NCBI GenBank assembly: GCA_044225175.1
Contig: JBGAJA010000003.1
Coordinates: 197,428-261,427 of the forward strand
Source of the DNA: Candidatus Omnitrophota bacterium
GTDB lineage: Bacteria; Omnitrophota; Gorgyraeia; Zapsychrales; Fredricksoniimonadaceae
Reading direction: 5' to 3'
DNA: 64,000 nucleotides
Of this stretch, positions 53,775 to 63,947 are shown in pieces. Each line of letters starts with the position of its first letter. Positions within the stretch are counted from its first letter, which is position 1. A model generated the notes under the pieces. The model was given only the letters and a program-made list of their open reading frames with translations, had not been told where the DNA came from and did no database searches. Made by a program: the position numbers and the translations under genes.

Positions 53775-54766
53775 TGAAAGAACGAATAAAAACACTTTGG
53801 ACATTTTTCTTACGTTTTGGATTAAGTGCGATTCTTCTAGGTTGGTTATTTAGTCGCATTGATTACAAACATACATGGGCTGTTGTCAAAGATGCTGACC
53901 ACAATTATTTATTAGCTGCTTTTTTTGTTTTTTTTACCACATGTGCGTTGATTCTGTGGCGATGGATCATTTTATTAAAAGCATTAAATTTAAAGTTTAC
54001 GCGTCTGACAGCTGCCCGTTGGTTTTTTGTGGGAATGTTTTTTAATTTATTTCTTCCCACTTCAATAGGGGGAGATGTTATTAAAGCTTTAGGGTTATCT
54101 TCCCAAACGGGACAAAAACCAAAAGTTTTTGCTTCCATTGTTTTAGATCGCTTAATTGGACTTCTTGGAATTGTATTAATTGCGTCTATTTCTTTTTTCT
54201 TTGGCCGCAAAATCATTGGAGATTCTTCCATAACGTTATCGATTATCACATTAGCTGGTGTAACAATGGTGATTGGTCTTGTTCTTTTTAGCAGTCGTGT
54301 TTTTTCTTTTGTGTGTAAGATCTTTAAAAAATTGCCAAAGGTCAAAGAAACTTTACTTAAATTACATGGTGACCTTATTTTGATGAGAGGAAAGCACAAG
54401 CAGTTCTTAGCGACCCTTAGTATTTCAATCCTTTCACAAATAGTTCTAGCGTATGATTTTTATCTGACGGCTTTAGGATTGCATCAAAAAATTCCTCTAG
54501 TCTATTTCATTGTGTTCTCTCCCTTAGTTTGTGTGGTGACCTCTTTGCCCTCTATTGGGGGTTTAGGAGTCAGAGAAATGGGCTGGGTTTATCTGCTATC
54601 TAAAATTGGCGTGTCACAGAATGTTGCGTTAGCGTTGAGTTTAATTAATTTTACTTTTATTGTGATAGTCGGTCTGATTGGAGGGATATGGTATGTCGCT
54701 TCATTTTCTTCTGGACGGCTACAACATCATCAAGCAAACGCCAGAGTTGAGTCACGGCACGCTTGA
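53774..54766 (+). CDS. Flippase-like / lysylphosphatidylglycerol-synthase-TM-like membrane protein (UPF0104)
   Basis: ~8 TM helices; the N-terminal region matches the LPG_synthase_TM family (LGWLFSRIDYK...RWIILLKAL). Confidence 0.55.
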   Translation: MKERIKTLWTFFLRFGLSAILLGWLFSRIDYKHTWAVVKDADHNYLLAAFFVFFTTCALILWRWIILLKALNLKFTRLTAARWFFVGMFFNLFLPTSIGGDVIKALGLSSQTGQKPKVFASIVLDRLIGLLGIVLIASISFFFGRKIIGDSSITLSIITLAGVTMVIGLVLFSSRVFSFVCKIFKKLPKVKETLLKLHGDLILMRGKHKQFLATLSISILSQIVLAYDFYLTALGLHQKIPLVYFIVFSPLVCVVTSLPSIGGLGVREMGWVYLLSKIGVSQNVALALSLINFTFIVIVGLIGGIWYVASFSSGRLQHHQANARVESRHA

Positions 54767-55178
54767 GAATCAGCGTCTTGCTCTTTTAAAATGGATCAGT
54801 CTTCATCAGCCCCAAGGGAATTCTAGTAATGCGGTGACAGTTGTTTTTGACGGGAAGGAAGATTTCTTTGGTCCTCAACTTATCGCAGGGATTAAAATTA
54901 TTTTTAGTTCGGGAGAATCTGCTGATGATGTGATTAAAAGGATTGTTGAAGAAACATCCAAGAAGAACTTTGTTATTGTAACGAATGATAAAGGAATCAA
55001 GTTGTATGTGAGGGCATTGGGAGTGCAGGTTTTAAGTGTTAGAGAGTTTATTGCTAAAAGACGTAAAAACTCAAGATCTTCTAATAATTCACAGAAAGCT
55101 TCAGATAAGAATATTTCAATGACGCAACAGAATAAAATAACCCAAGAGTTTGAGAAAATCTGGATTAAATCGAAATGA
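54693..55178 (+). CDS. YacP-like NYN (PIN-like) domain protein
   Basis: LLDGYNII...VVFDG signature of YacP/Rae1-type NYN domains. Confidence 0.55.
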   Translation: MSLHFLLDGYNIIKQTPELSHGTLENQRLALLKWISLHQPQGNSSNAVTVVFDGKEDFFGPQLIAGIKIIFSSGESADDVIKRIVEETSKKNFVIVTNDKGIKLYVRALGVQVLSVREFIAKRRKNSRSSNNSQKASDKNISMTQQNKITQEFEKIWIKSK

Positions 55179-55951
55179 TGAAACTTCCATTCGTCAAAAA
55201 TATAGCGATCACTCTTAAAGGTGTAGGGGAAGCTGTTTACTTTTTTGGTGATATTCTTAAAGTAATTTTTTCAGGGCGGGTGAGGTTTGATCAGGTTTTG
55301 CAGCAAATGTATTATCAGGGAGTTCAATCGGTTGTCATTATTATTTTGTCATCGATCGCCTCTGGTATGGTGCTAGGTTTGCAAGGTGCAATTACATTGC
55401 AGCGTTTTGGTGCACGTGAGTTTATAGCGCCTTTAGTGGCCCTTTCTTTGGTACGTGAACTAAGTCCTGTATTTACTTCATTTATCTATTCAGGAAAATC
55501 AGGAGCAGGTATTGCAGCTGAACTAGGGACTATGAACACACATGAACAAATTCAGGCGACCCGTGCATTAGGAGTTGATCCTATTGAGTTCTTAGTAGTA
55601 CCTAGGTTTTTGGCCTGTGTGCTGGTGCTTCCAATTTTGGTTGTCCTATCAGAATTGGTAGGGATATTTGGAGGTTATTTGGTGGCAATCTTTCGTGCAA
55701 ATTTGCCAGGGGCCATTTATATCAACCACACTATTCATTCGCTTAATTATGTAGATTTCGTAAGCGGTATGATCAAAACATTCTTTTTCTCGATTATCAT
55801 TGGATGGATTTGTTGCTATCAGGGATTTTTTACATCTGGGGGAGCTTTAGGAGTAGGTCGCTTTACCACCAGAGCGGTCGCATTTTCTTACTTGGCCGTC
55901 ATTCTTTCAAATACTTTATTAACCATGCTTATTTTAACAACCTGGGGCTAG
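55175..55951 (+). CDS. mlaE: MlaE-family ABC transporter permease
   Basis: Conserved MlaE/TTG2B sequence (QMYYQGVQSVVII, ALSLVRELSPV). Confidence 0.85.
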   Translation: MMKLPFVKNIAITLKGVGEAVYFFGDILKVIFSGRVRFDQVLQQMYYQGVQSVVIIILSSIASGMVLGLQGAITLQRFGAREFIAPLVALSLVRELSPVFTSFIYSGKSGAGIAAELGTMNTHEQIQATRALGVDPIEFLVVPRFLACVLVLPILVVLSELVGIFGGYLVAIFRANLPGAIYINHTIHSLNYVDFVSGMIKTFFFSIIIGWICCYQGFFTSGGALGVGRFTTRAVAFSYLAVILSNTLLTMLILTTWG

Positions 55952-55955
55952 CATT

Positions 55956-56300
55956 ATGCATAAAAAATTAATGATTACTCTTGGGACTATGGTTTGTGGT
56001 CTTTGGTTTTTTGGCTGTGCCCATACAGCAAGTCAAAATGAGGGCCAAGTTCAAAGTTACCCTGTCCCTGATGTTGAGGCAGGTTGGATTCGGGATGGCA
56101 AGCCGATCGAATTTGATGGAAAGATGTGGTATCCCGTCAACGATGTGGAAGTTTTGTTAGATAGTGAAGTGTATCAAGTCAGCGTATATAAGGGTATTCA
56201 AGTTTTTGTAGATAAAATTGATACAAAACCTTACAGACGGCTTTATACCAAATTCGGCAAGCATAAATTCCGTTACTTTGAAAAAAAAGATTATGATTAA
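55956..56300 (+). CDS. Small lipoprotein of unknown function (overlaps the mlaF start)
   Basis: Lipobox FFGC. The 3' end overlaps the MlaF start by 8 nt. Confidence 0.4.
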   Translation: MHKKLMITLGTMVCGLWFFGCAHTASQNEGQVQSYPVPDVEAGWIRDGKPIEFDGKMWYPVNDVEVLLDSEVYQVSVYKGIQVFVDKIDTKPYRRLYTKFGKHKFRYFEKKDYD

Positions 56301-57021
56301 AGTCGAACATTTATCAAAAACATTGGGGGATCAAAAGGTTCTCAATGACATTAGCTTCGAGGTCGCAACAGGTGAAATTTTAGTTTTTTTGGGACCCAGC
56401 GGTACAGGAAAAACTGTGCTACTTAAACATTTGATAGGTCTTTTGATTCCTGACAGTGGCAGCATCATTATTGATGGCGAGGATATTACAAAATTCTCAC
56501 AGCGAGAGCAGTTGAAGATGCGAAGAAATTTCGGTTATCTTTTTCAAGAAGGTGCATTATATGACTTTATGAATGTTTTTGAAAATGTGGCTTTTCCCTT
56601 GAAAGAGCATACAGATTTAAAAATCGAAAAGATTAAAGAACGTGTGAGTGAAGTTTTAGAAATGGTGGATTTAAAAGGTGTAGAGGAAAAAGTCCCATCT
56701 GAACTTTCTGGAGGAATGAAAAAAAGAGTTGGATTGGCTCGAGCTATTGTTTTAAGGCCATCTATTCTTTTGTGTGATGAACCAACTTCTGGATTAGACC
56801 CGATAAGAAGTTATGATATTTCAAATTTGATCCATCAAGTTGTCAAAAAAATGGGTACTACTACTGTTATAATGTCCCATGATGTTGCAAATTCATTTAG
56901 AATCGCAGATAGAGTGGCGATTCTTAATAAAAGTCATATCGAAGTCATTGGCACAAAACAAGATTTAATAAGTTCAAAAAATCTTTTTGTTCAAGAATTC
57001 TTAAAACCATCGTTGGTATAA
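56293..57021 (+). CDS. mlaF: MlaF-family ABC transporter ATP-binding protein (start revised to MIKVEHL)
   Basis: Walker A GPSGTGKT, signature LSGGMKKRVGLARAI, Walker B LLCDEPTSGLD. Confidence 0.85.
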   Translation: MIKVEHLSKTLGDQKVLNDISFEVATGEILVFLGPSGTGKTVLLKHLIGLLIPDSGSIIIDGEDITKFSQREQLKMRRNFGYLFQEGALYDFMNVFENVAFPLKEHTDLKIEKIKERVSEVLEMVDLKGVEEKVPSELSGGMKKRVGLARAIVLRPSILLCDEPTSGLDPIRSYDISNLIHQVVKKMGTTTVIMSHDVANSFRIADRVAILNKSHIEVIGTKQDLISSKNLFVQEFLKPSLV

Positions 57022-57049
57022 GTCTGCCTAAGGCAGGCAGGGGAGAAAT

Positions 57050-57643
57050 ATGGAGGATCATAGTTCTTTAAAGAGGTTATTAGCGGGTTTGTTCTTTATT
57101 GTCGGTTTGGGATTAATCGTCATGATTATCTTTATCATTGGTTTTGATAAGGGATTAAGCCGGCCGAAGTTTCAAGTGATCGCTTTATTTAATGAAGTAG
57201 GTGGGTTGATTGAGGGGGCTCCTATTCGTATGTCGGGGGTCAATGTAGGTGTTGTGGGTAATATTGATTTTTTAGAACAGCCTATTGAGGATAGAAATTT
57301 GAAGGTCACGCTCAACATTTTTCAGAAATATGAATTTCAATTCCGTAAATGTTCCAGAATAGGTATTAAGACAGAAGGTGTTTTAGGCCAAAAGCTTGTT
57401 GAAATTACCGATGATCGCTCTCGCAAAATGTTTGACACAACTAAACCTATCATTGGTGAAGATCCTTTAAATGTCGAGGATATGGCAGGTGTGATTACTA
57501 GAACGGCCATTTCTATACAGGCAACCAGCGCTAACATCAGTGAAGTATTGGATGAATGGAAATATATTTCCAGAAAAACTAAACGAGTCATTAATCGTGT
57601 CGAAGATAAATTGGTTGAAGGTAATCTTTTTAAAATATTCTAA
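57050..57643 (+). CDS. mlaD: MlaD-family MCE-domain protein
   Basis: N-terminal TM anchor plus an MCE domain (GAPIRMSGVNVGVVGNI). Confidence 0.75.
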   Translation: MEDHSSLKRLLAGLFFIVGLGLIVMIIFIIGFDKGLSRPKFQVIALFNEVGGLIEGAPIRMSGVNVGVVGNIDFLEQPIEDRNLKVTLNIFQKYEFQFRKCSRIGIKTEGVLGQKLVEITDDRSRKMFDTTKPIIGEDPLNVEDMAGVITRTAISIQATSANISEVLDEWKYISRKTKRVINRVEDKLVEGNLFKIF

Positions 57644-57652
57644 GGGGATTAT

Positions 57653-57946
57653 ATGTTTGTCATGGGAAATTTTGTAAGTGCATTAGCTTATTTGGTTAAT
57701 ATTGTTTTAATAGCTCTTTATTGGCTGGTGCTCATTAGAGCATTGATCAGCTGGGTTTCACCAGATCCTTTTAATCCGCTGGTTATTTTCTTACATCGTG
57801 TTACAGAGCCTATTTTGGAGCCTATTCGAAGATTATTGCCTCCAATGCCTATTGATTTGTCTCCTATCATTGCATTTTTTGCTATTATGTTTTTAAGAGA
57901 GTTCTTAGTCCGTACGCTTTATGATTTAGCTGCACGCATGCAGTAA
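57653..57946 (+). CDS. yggT: YggT/Ycf19-family membrane protein
   Basis: YGGT motif region LIRALISWVSPDPFNP...EPIL.PIRRLLPP. Confidence 0.8.
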   Translation: MFVMGNFVSALAYLVNIVLIALYWLVLIRALISWVSPDPFNPLVIFLHRVTEPILEPIRRLLPPMPIDLSPIIAFFAIMFLREFLVRTLYDLAARMQ

Positions 57947-58013
57947 AAAGGACTATTTGTTGCAAAGATTTATAGTTTATAGTATATAAATAAGTGTTTA
58001 AGAAAGGAAAATC

Positions 58014-58310
58014 ATGTTTGATAAAGTCAAAGAGCTTATGGAGCTCAAAAAGAAAGCTGATCAACTCAAAAAAGAACTAGAGGGGATCACCATTGAAGTT
58101 AATGATGTACGTCCTATCAAGATCAAGATCAATGGGGCCCAGATTTTTCAATCTATCGAAATTGATGAAAGCCTCTTAAGTGCCTCCCAAAAAAATCGTA
58201 TTCAAATGGATTTATTACGTAGTGTTAACAGCGCGGTTAAGAAGTCTCAACAAGCTGCGGCTAATAAAATGAAAAATATGCCAGGTTTAAATATTCCTGG
58301 ATTGTCTTAA
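58014..58310 (+). CDS. ybaB: YbaB/EbfC nucleoid-associated protein
   Basis: MFDKVKELMELKKKADQLKKELE...GLNIPGL is typical of YbaB. Confidence 0.85.
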   Translation: MFDKVKELMELKKKADQLKKELEGITIEVNDVRPIKIKINGAQIFQSIEIDESLLSASQKNRIQMDLLRSVNSAVKKSQQAAANKMKNMPGLNIPGLS

Positions 58311-58329
58311 CCTTCGAAAGGAACAAGTT

Positions 58330-58560
58330 ATGCCATACGATGCAAGTTTAGATGCTTCAACATTCAAAGAAGTGCTCGATTTTGAAAATACACGTCTCAC
58401 CGTCGGTGTTTTCTCATACAATGGAGCTCCAAAGAAATTACAGATCAGTCGTGAAAATTTAATTGATGGTGCATGGAGTTATACAAAATTAGGTCGTATG
58501 AGCAAGGATGAAGCTATTGCTGTCGCTCCAATTTTGAAAAAAGCTATTGAAACAATGTAG
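58330..58560 (+). CDS. Hypothetical small protein (76 aa)
   Basis: ORF with an AAAGGAAC-type RBS, located between ybaB and a strong terminator. Confidence 0.35.
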   Translation: MPYDASLDASTFKEVLDFENTRLTVGVFSYNGAPKKLQISRENLIDGAWSYTKLGRMSKDEAIAVAPILKKAIETM

Positions 58561-58591
58561 TTTTTAAGGTGCAATGACGATCTTAAACTAA

Positions 58592-58624
58592 AGTTATCCC
58601 GCTAACAAAGCGGGATAACTTTTT
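58592..58624 (+). terminator. Rho-independent terminator
   Basis: 11 bp stem agttatcccgc / gcgggataact, 7 nt loop, T4 run. Confidence 0.7.
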
Positions 58625-58641
58625 ATAACTAAAGAGGAAAT

Positions 58642-59121
58642 ATGGGAAACGAAGTCTATTTAACTCGCAAAGGTTTTCAAAAATTACAAGAAAAGTTAGA
58701 AGCTTTAAAAACAACAGAGCGTCAGAAGATTGCAAAAGCAATTGGTGAGGCCAGAGCGCAGGGGGATATTTCTGAAAATGCTGAATATGACGCGGCTAAA
58801 GACGCTCAGGCTCATAATGAGGCGCGTATTGCGGATTTAGAAGGTCAATTGGTAAATGTGCGTATTATTGAAAATGAGAATATTCCTTCAGACAAGATTT
58901 ATATTGGTGCTATTGTGACGTTAGAAGATTTGGATAACGACGAAGAATTAACATATATGCTTGTTTCTCCGGAAGAGGCGAGTTACGAAGAAAACAAGAT
59001 TTCTATTTTTTCACCAATTGGAAAAGGTCTTTTGGGACATAAACCCGGTGAGACGGTTTCTATCAAAGTTCCAGCTGGAACGCTTAACTACAAAATCAAG
59101 AAACTTAAGCGTCCTTCTTAA
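58642..59121 (+). CDS. greA: Transcription elongation factor GreA
   Basis: N-terminal coiled coil (LTRKGFQKLQEKLEALK...) plus an FKBP-like C-terminal domain. Confidence 0.9.
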   Translation: MGNEVYLTRKGFQKLQEKLEALKTTERQKIAKAIGEARAQGDISENAEYDAAKDAQAHNEARIADLEGQLVNVRIIENENIPSDKIYIGAIVTLEDLDNDEELTYMLVSPEEASYEENKISIFSPIGKGLLGHKPGETVSIKVPAGTLNYKIKKLKRPS

Positions 59122-60409
59122 AGAAGCTTATTCCCATCCATAGAAATACAGAAGGCATGAGTGCAAAGATAATACGATGCAGGGTATTATCCATCCACCA
59201 TTTGATATCATCGAAAAACATATTTGTCTGATAATAGGCAATTGTGACCATCAGATAGGCGGCCATAAAAAGACCTATAATTGCCAAAGGTTTTTGAAAA
59301 GCCTTTTTCCATCCTAATCCTATCCCCAAAGCAGCCAGCGCCCACAGCCCCATCCACTTAAGGCTCAAGAATTCAAAGAGGGTATAACTTAAAATAAAAA
59401 GAAATCTTGGGAAGGTTGATGGTTTTTCAGGTGAGAGAAGACCATTAATAAAGGCATCGCCATGAGGAGCCATGGTTAGTGTGAAAATAATCATAGGTAG
59501 GGCTGCAAGAAAGATTGTTCCAATGATTTTCCACAATTGAGATGGCTTCTCAATAAGAAGAAGGATGCATAAGATTCCTGCCGCTGCCAGGCCTTCATTT
59601 TTAGTAAATGAAAGAAGTCCTATAAAAATGGCTGATAAGATTAAGAATCGAAAGTCTCTAAGTTCAACAGAAAGCAGATAACAAACGAAAAAGCAAAGTA
59701 AGTAAAGACCAAAGAGAACATCGCTATATTGGCTTATAAATAAAGTATTTCCAAATGCCAAGGTAAATACCGCCCCTGTTATTAATGTCGAATAGAGGAT
59801 TGATACGCCCAAAGCTTGAAGTCCAAGGAGCAAAACTCCTGCTGTGACTAGTGTTAAGACGATAGCATTCAACATACAAACGTTTTGAGAGAATCCTGTC
59901 CATTGCCAAAACCAAACATTGAGAGTGGGTAAACCTAATGGGTATCCAGTATTACTACGCCATAAAATCGGACTAAACATGTCTTTCCAATGATGTTCCC
60001 CAAAATAGATAAATTTCGCTTTAAGGTTCCAGCAAGACCAAGCATCCCACCCCCCCATAGGATAATGACAAGCTTCAAACCATAGAGGAACAGCCAAAAC
60101 AGGCAATACCAGCAAAAAAGGTGTCAGACACCTTTTTTTGCTAAAACACTCTTCAAAAAGGTGTCTGACACCTTTTTGATTAAGCCAGATTAGGAGTCCT
60201 AAAAGTATGATGCTTACAAGGAGAGGTAAGAAGTGGTTGAAGTTATTGCCAACAAGTTGCAAATAAAAGATGATTTGGCTAACAAGACCAAATCCTAAAG
60301 CTGCACCTAAGAAGATTGATAATTGGTTTAACGGACGATTTTTAAGAACAAGACGCAGGCACAATGTCCCTAAGCACACGGCTATTAATAAAGCTATAAG
60401 ATACATCAT
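59105..60409 (-). CDS. Polytopic membrane protein, possibly a GT39/83-like glycosyltransferase; its coding sequence hosts two copies of a 23 bp palindrome
   Basis: ~11-12 TM helices; convergent with greA (3' ends overlap). Family not firmly recognised. Confidence 0.4.
   Translation of the reverse strand: MMYLIALLIAVCLGTLCLRLVLKNRPLNQLSIFLGAALGFGLVSQIIFYLQLVGNNFNHFLPLLVSIILLGLLIWLNQKGVRHLFEECFSKKRCLTPFLLVLPVLAVPLWFEACHYPMGGWDAWSCWNLKAKFIYFGEHHWKDMFSPILWRSNTGYPLGLPTLNVWFWQWTGFSQNVCMLNAIVLTLVTAGVLLLGLQALGVSILYSTLITGAVFTLAFGNTLFISQYSDVLFGLYLLCFFVCYLLSVELRDFRFLILSAIFIGLLSFTKNEGLAAAGILCILLLIEKPSQLWKIIGTIFLAALPMIIFTLTMAPHGDAFINGLLSPEKPSTFPRFLFILSYTLFEFLSLKWMGLWALAALGIGLGWKKAFQKPLAIIGLFMAAYLMVTIAYYQTNMFFDDIKWWMDNTLHRIIFALMPSVFLWMGISFFKKDA
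60114..60177. repeat. Two copies of the same 23 bp palindrome (aaaaaaggtgtcagacacctttttt and aaaaaggtgtctGacaccttttt), 15 bp apart, inside the minus-strand membrane-protein ORF
   Basis: Sequence read directly. The centre base alternates A/T, so the copies are in opposite orientation. They are translated in two different frames (SKKRCLTPFL and QKGVRHLF). Confidence 0.85.
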
Positions 60410-60819
60410 GGCTGTAATCCTTGAGCTTTAGGATTAATGGCAATAATTACCCCAAAATTACTCGCTTTAACAGGTGTCATTCCAAGTTCTTTGATCTTTT
60501 CCATAGCAATTTGAGCAGTGGTGCAGTCGAAAATAACTACCGGATAGTCAGTATGATTTAAATCTAGTACTGTTGGGGCCAAGTGGTATTGAGCTTGTTC
60601 AAACTGTGCAATAGCGAGGGTGTTATTGAGATCTTTATCTGTATAGTAGCCAACTTTGGGCATTTTATTAAAGATTTGTTCTAAACCCTTAAACTGATCT
60701 CCCAGATTATGCAGTTGTAAATCTTTAGAATGCTGTTGGTGATGAATGACTTGAGTCGTCAATTGAATGACATTGATGGCAATTAAAATGAAGAATATCA
60801 ACACAAATACTTTATGCAT
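60406..60819 (-). CDS. Hypothetical exported/anchored protein (137 aa)
   Basis: N-terminal hydrophobic helix MHKVFVLIFFILIAINVIQL. Translationally coupled to the downstream membrane protein. Confidence 0.4.
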   Translation of the reverse strand: MHKVFVLIFFILIAINVIQLTTQVIHHQQHSKDLQLHNLGDQFKGLEQIFNKMPKVGYYTDKDLNNTLAIAQFEQAQYHLAPTVLDLNHTDYPVVIFDCTTAQIAMEKIKELGMTPVKASNFGVIIAINPKAQGLQP

Positions 60820-60925
60820 AGGGGGGATTCTACTGACTTAAAGATGGCAATGCAATAAAAATGATGTCTCTTAGATTGACGAACAAATCGTTTGCGACTC
60901 AGGTAAGTTTCAGTATAATTGGCCT

Positions 60926-61939
60926 ATGATTTCAATAGGCGTTATTGGATGCGGACATTGGGGACCTAACCATGTTCGTATTTTCTCACAACTTCCCAAT
61001 TCTCAAGTGTTGATGTGTGCTGATTTAGACGAGAAACGTCTAGCTGCCATGTCGTCGCTATACCCCCAGATTCAAACCGTTAAAGATTATCGAGAAATCC
61101 TTAAAAATCCTCAAATTGATGCAGTTATCATTGCTTTACCTACTAAATTTCACTATCAATTAACTCAAGAGGCTCTTGAAGCGGGCAAACATGTGCTTTG
61201 TGAAAAACCTCTTTCTTTATCTTCCCAAGAATGTTTAGAACTCAAAGAAATTGCTAATAAAAATAAAAAACTTCTCATGGTAGGGCACATTTTTGTCTTT
61301 AACCAAGGTGTTGTTAAGCTTCGTGAATATATTCAAAATGGTGATTTGGGAAACATTCATTATGCCAATTCTCAACGTACCAATTTAGGGCCTTTTCGTT
61401 ATGATGTAAATGCCCTATGGGACTTAGCTCCTCATGATATTTCTATTTTTAATTATCTGTTTAATGGTCCCCCATCTAGTGTATCTGCCAGAGGTCATAG
61501 GTGTCTGGGAGGTAAGCTTGAAGACTTAGCTTTTGCCACATTGGATTATCCAAACAATGTGATGGTGAACATTCATGTCAGTTGGATTGATCCTAAAAAG
61601 GTGCGCAATATCACGATAGTTGGAGATAAAAAGATGGTGGCTTGGGATGATTTGGATACTGAAGGCCCCATCAGACTTTACGATAAGCACGTCGAGAAGA
61701 CAGATATTTATTATGCAACATATGGTGAATTTCAACTCTTGTCTCGTGAAGGCGGCATTATGATTCCTAAGATTGGTGTTAATGAACCTTTAAAAAACCA
61801 AGCCCAATACTTTTTAGACTGCGTAGCCAATCAAAAAGAGCCAGCCATTGCCGATGCTCAAAAAGCCTATGATGTTGTGCACACTCTGGAAGCCATTAGT
61901 GAATCGATTAACCTTAAAGGTCAAATGGTGAAGATATGA
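60926..61939 (+). CDS. Gfo/Idh/MocA-family NAD(P)-dependent oxidoreductase (sugar/UDP-sugar dehydrogenase-like)
   Basis: Rossmann motif [10 protein letters not shown] and EKPL motif. Confidence 0.85.
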   Translation: MISIGVIGCGHWGPNHVRIFSQLPNSQVLMCADLDEKRLAAMSSLYPQIQTVKDYREILKNPQIDAVIIALPTKFHYQLTQEALEAGKHVLCEKPLSLSSQECLELKEIANKNKKLLMVGHIFVFNQGVVKLREYIQNGDLGNIHYANSQRTNLGPFRYDVNALWDLAPHDISIFNYLFNGPPSSVSARGHRCLGGKLEDLAFATLDYPNNVMVNIHVSWIDPKKVRNITIVGDKKMVAWDDLDTEGPIRLYDKHVEKTDIYYATYGEFQLLSREGGIMIPKIGVNEPLKNQAQYFLDCVANQKEPAIADAQKAYDVVHTLEAISESINLKGQMVKI

Positions 61940-62493
61940 GTTTCTTTAAACATGAACAGGCCCTAGTTAACTCTAAAGCTCAAATTGGTGATCAAACCCG
62001 TATTTGGGCCTTTGCTAATATTCAAGAAGGGGCTGTCATTGGGGAGCATTGCAATGTTTGTGATGGCTGCTTTATTGAAAGTGGCGCAATCATTGGTAAT
62101 CATGTAACCATTAAAAATGGAGTTGAGGTTTTTAATGGAGTCACTATTGAAGACGATGTTTTTCTTGGAGCCCATTCAACTTTTATTAATGACAAATACC
62201 CTCGAAGTAATCGTAAGGATTCCTGGGTCTTAGAAAAGACTCTTGTTAAAAAAGGTGCAACCATTGGAGCGAATGCCACGATCATGGGTGGAATTATAAT
62301 CGAAGAATATGCTGTTGTAGGAGCAGGTTCGGTTGTTACCAAAAATGTATTTCCTTACACAATCGTGGTAGGCAATCCTGCGAAACTGATTGGTTATGCA
62401 TGTGCCTGTGGACGAAAACTTAATGATGACCTTATCTGCAGCTGTGGATTAAGCTATGCAGTAGAAAAATTTCGATTAATTCCAAAGAAGTAA
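61936..62493 (+). CDS. Left-handed beta-helix (hexapeptide) acyltransferase (WbpD/WxcM-like sugar N-acetyltransferase), with a C-terminal Cys4 tail
   Basis: Hexapeptide repeats ([32 protein letters not shown]...). C-terminal CACGRK...CSCG. Confidence 0.75.
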   Translation: MSFFKHEQALVNSKAQIGDQTRIWAFANIQEGAVIGEHCNVCDGCFIESGAIIGNHVTIKNGVEVFNGVTIEDDVFLGAHSTFINDKYPRSNRKDSWVLEKTLVKKGATIGANATIMGGIIIEEYAVVGAGSVVTKNVFPYTIVVGNPAKLIGYACACGRKLNDDLICSCGLSYAVEKFRLIPKK

Positions 62494-62496
62494 TCT

Positions 62497-63234
62497 ATGC
62501 CCTCAAAAATTCTTGTTTGTCCAATCGCTTTTAATGAACATATTAAACTCCGTCGAGTGATTGAACGATTCTTGGAAAGTCGTATTCATGACAAGGTTGA
62601 TTATCTGATTGTGGATGATGGATCTGATGATGGTACGACTCAAATGATTGCTGAATACAAAAATCGCCGTGTGCAAACAATCAAGCATGCTCAAAGAAGC
62701 GGCGTTGGTGCTGCAATTAGGACAGCGATCAATCATGCCCGCAAAGAGAATTACGATATCATTGTAATCATGGCGGGAAATGATAAAGACAACCCTCAAG
62801 AGATCCCTTTTTTGATTGAACCAATTATTCATGAAGGATTCGATTTGGTCCAAGGATCCCGATATTTGGGAAAGGTAGGTTCCGGTGGGCAAATGCCCCT
62901 GTATCGAAAATTAGCGACTCGGCTGCATCCATGGGTATTTTCTGTATTTACAGGCCGACATTTGACAGACACCACCAATGGTTTTCGTGCGATTAAGCTT
63001 TCTATCTTGGATGATGAGAGAATTAATCTAAATCAGGACTGGTTGGACACATATGAGCTGGAACCTTATATCCTATGGAAGGTCATCACACTGAAGTACA
63101 AGTTCAAAGAAACATTTGTTACTAAGATTTATCCTCCTAAGAATTTGGGCGGCTATACCAAGATGATTCCGCTGATTAGCTGGTGGAGTATCCTTAAACC
63201 TTTGTTTTATTTAAGATTAGGAATTAAAAAATGA
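62497..63234 (+). CDS. Family-2 glycosyltransferase (polyprenyl-phosphate sugar transferase-like)
   Basis: DDGSDDGT...D.D motifs of the GT-A fold; 245 aa. Confidence 0.75.
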   Translation: MPSKILVCPIAFNEHIKLRRVIERFLESRIHDKVDYLIVDDGSDDGTTQMIAEYKNRRVQTIKHAQRSGVGAAIRTAINHARKENYDIIVIMAGNDKDNPQEIPFLIEPIIHEGFDLVQGSRYLGKVGSGGQMPLYRKLATRLHPWVFSVFTGRHLTDTTNGFRAIKLSILDDERINLNQDWLDTYELEPYILWKVITLKYKFKETFVTKIYPPKNLGGYTKMIPLISWWSILKPLFYLRLGIKK

Positions 63235-63947
63235 AATTGTATGGTAAGAATCCCGTATTAGAGCGCATCAAGGCGAATCCTAAAAGCATCAAGCATGTTT
63301 TGATAGAGCAAGGCCATGTGGAGTCTGCTTATATTCATATGAAAGGCAAGCAGTACGGATTTGCAGTCTCAACTGTACCTTACACCAAGATTCAAAGATT
63401 AGCTCAAAGTGTAAATTCTCAAGGGGTTGTGGCAGAGGTTGAAGAATTCCCCTACATGAACATCGATGAACTTTTGCCTATGGCTGTAGAGAAGAAGTGG
63501 TCAGTTCTGTTTTTGGACAACTTGACTGATCCTCAAAATTTGGGAGGAATTATCCGTACATGTGGAAGTTTAGGGGGATTTGCGATTGTTCTTCCAACCA
63601 GTGAGTCGGTCAGCGTAACAGAGTCTGTTCTGCGGGTCGCTTGCGGAGGAGATAATTATGTCCATGTTTCTAAAGTGTCTAATCTTGGAAATGCCATTGA
63701 GAAAGCTAAGAAATTGGGTTTCTGGATCGTTGGAACAGCGACGAAGGAATCAAAACCCATCTTTGATGTTAAACTTCAATTTCCTTTAGGGTTAATTTTG
63801 GGTTCAGAGGAAAAGGGAGTTCGAGATATTCTTCGTAAGAAATTGGATCAGGAAGTCATGATCCCTATGAAACATGAAAGGATGTCGTTGAATGTCGCGC
63901 ATGCCTCGTCCATCATCTGCTACGAAATCATCCGTCAGCGCACTTAA
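63231..63947 (+). CDS. SpoU/TrmH-family rRNA 2'-O-methyltransferase (RlmB-like)
   Basis: SPOUT motifs LFLDNLTDPQNLGGIIRT, GLILGSEEKGV and SLNVAHAS. Confidence 0.8.
   Translation: MKLYGKNPVLERIKANPKSIKHVLIEQGHVESAYIHMKGKQYGFAVSTVPYTKIQRLAQSVNSQGVVAEVEEFPYMNIDELLPMAVEKKWSVLFLDNLTDPQNLGGIIRTCGSLGGFAIVLPTSESVSVTESVLRVACGGDNYVHVSKVSNLGNAIEKAKKLGFWIVGTATKESKPIFDVKLQFPLGLILGSEEKGVRDILRKKLDQEVMIPMKHERMSLNVAHASSIICYEIIRQRT

Noticed and set aside
57022-57049. Short palindrome ctgcctaaggcag after mlaF
   Set aside because: 6 bp stem with a 2 nt loop and no T-run. Not a credible terminator.
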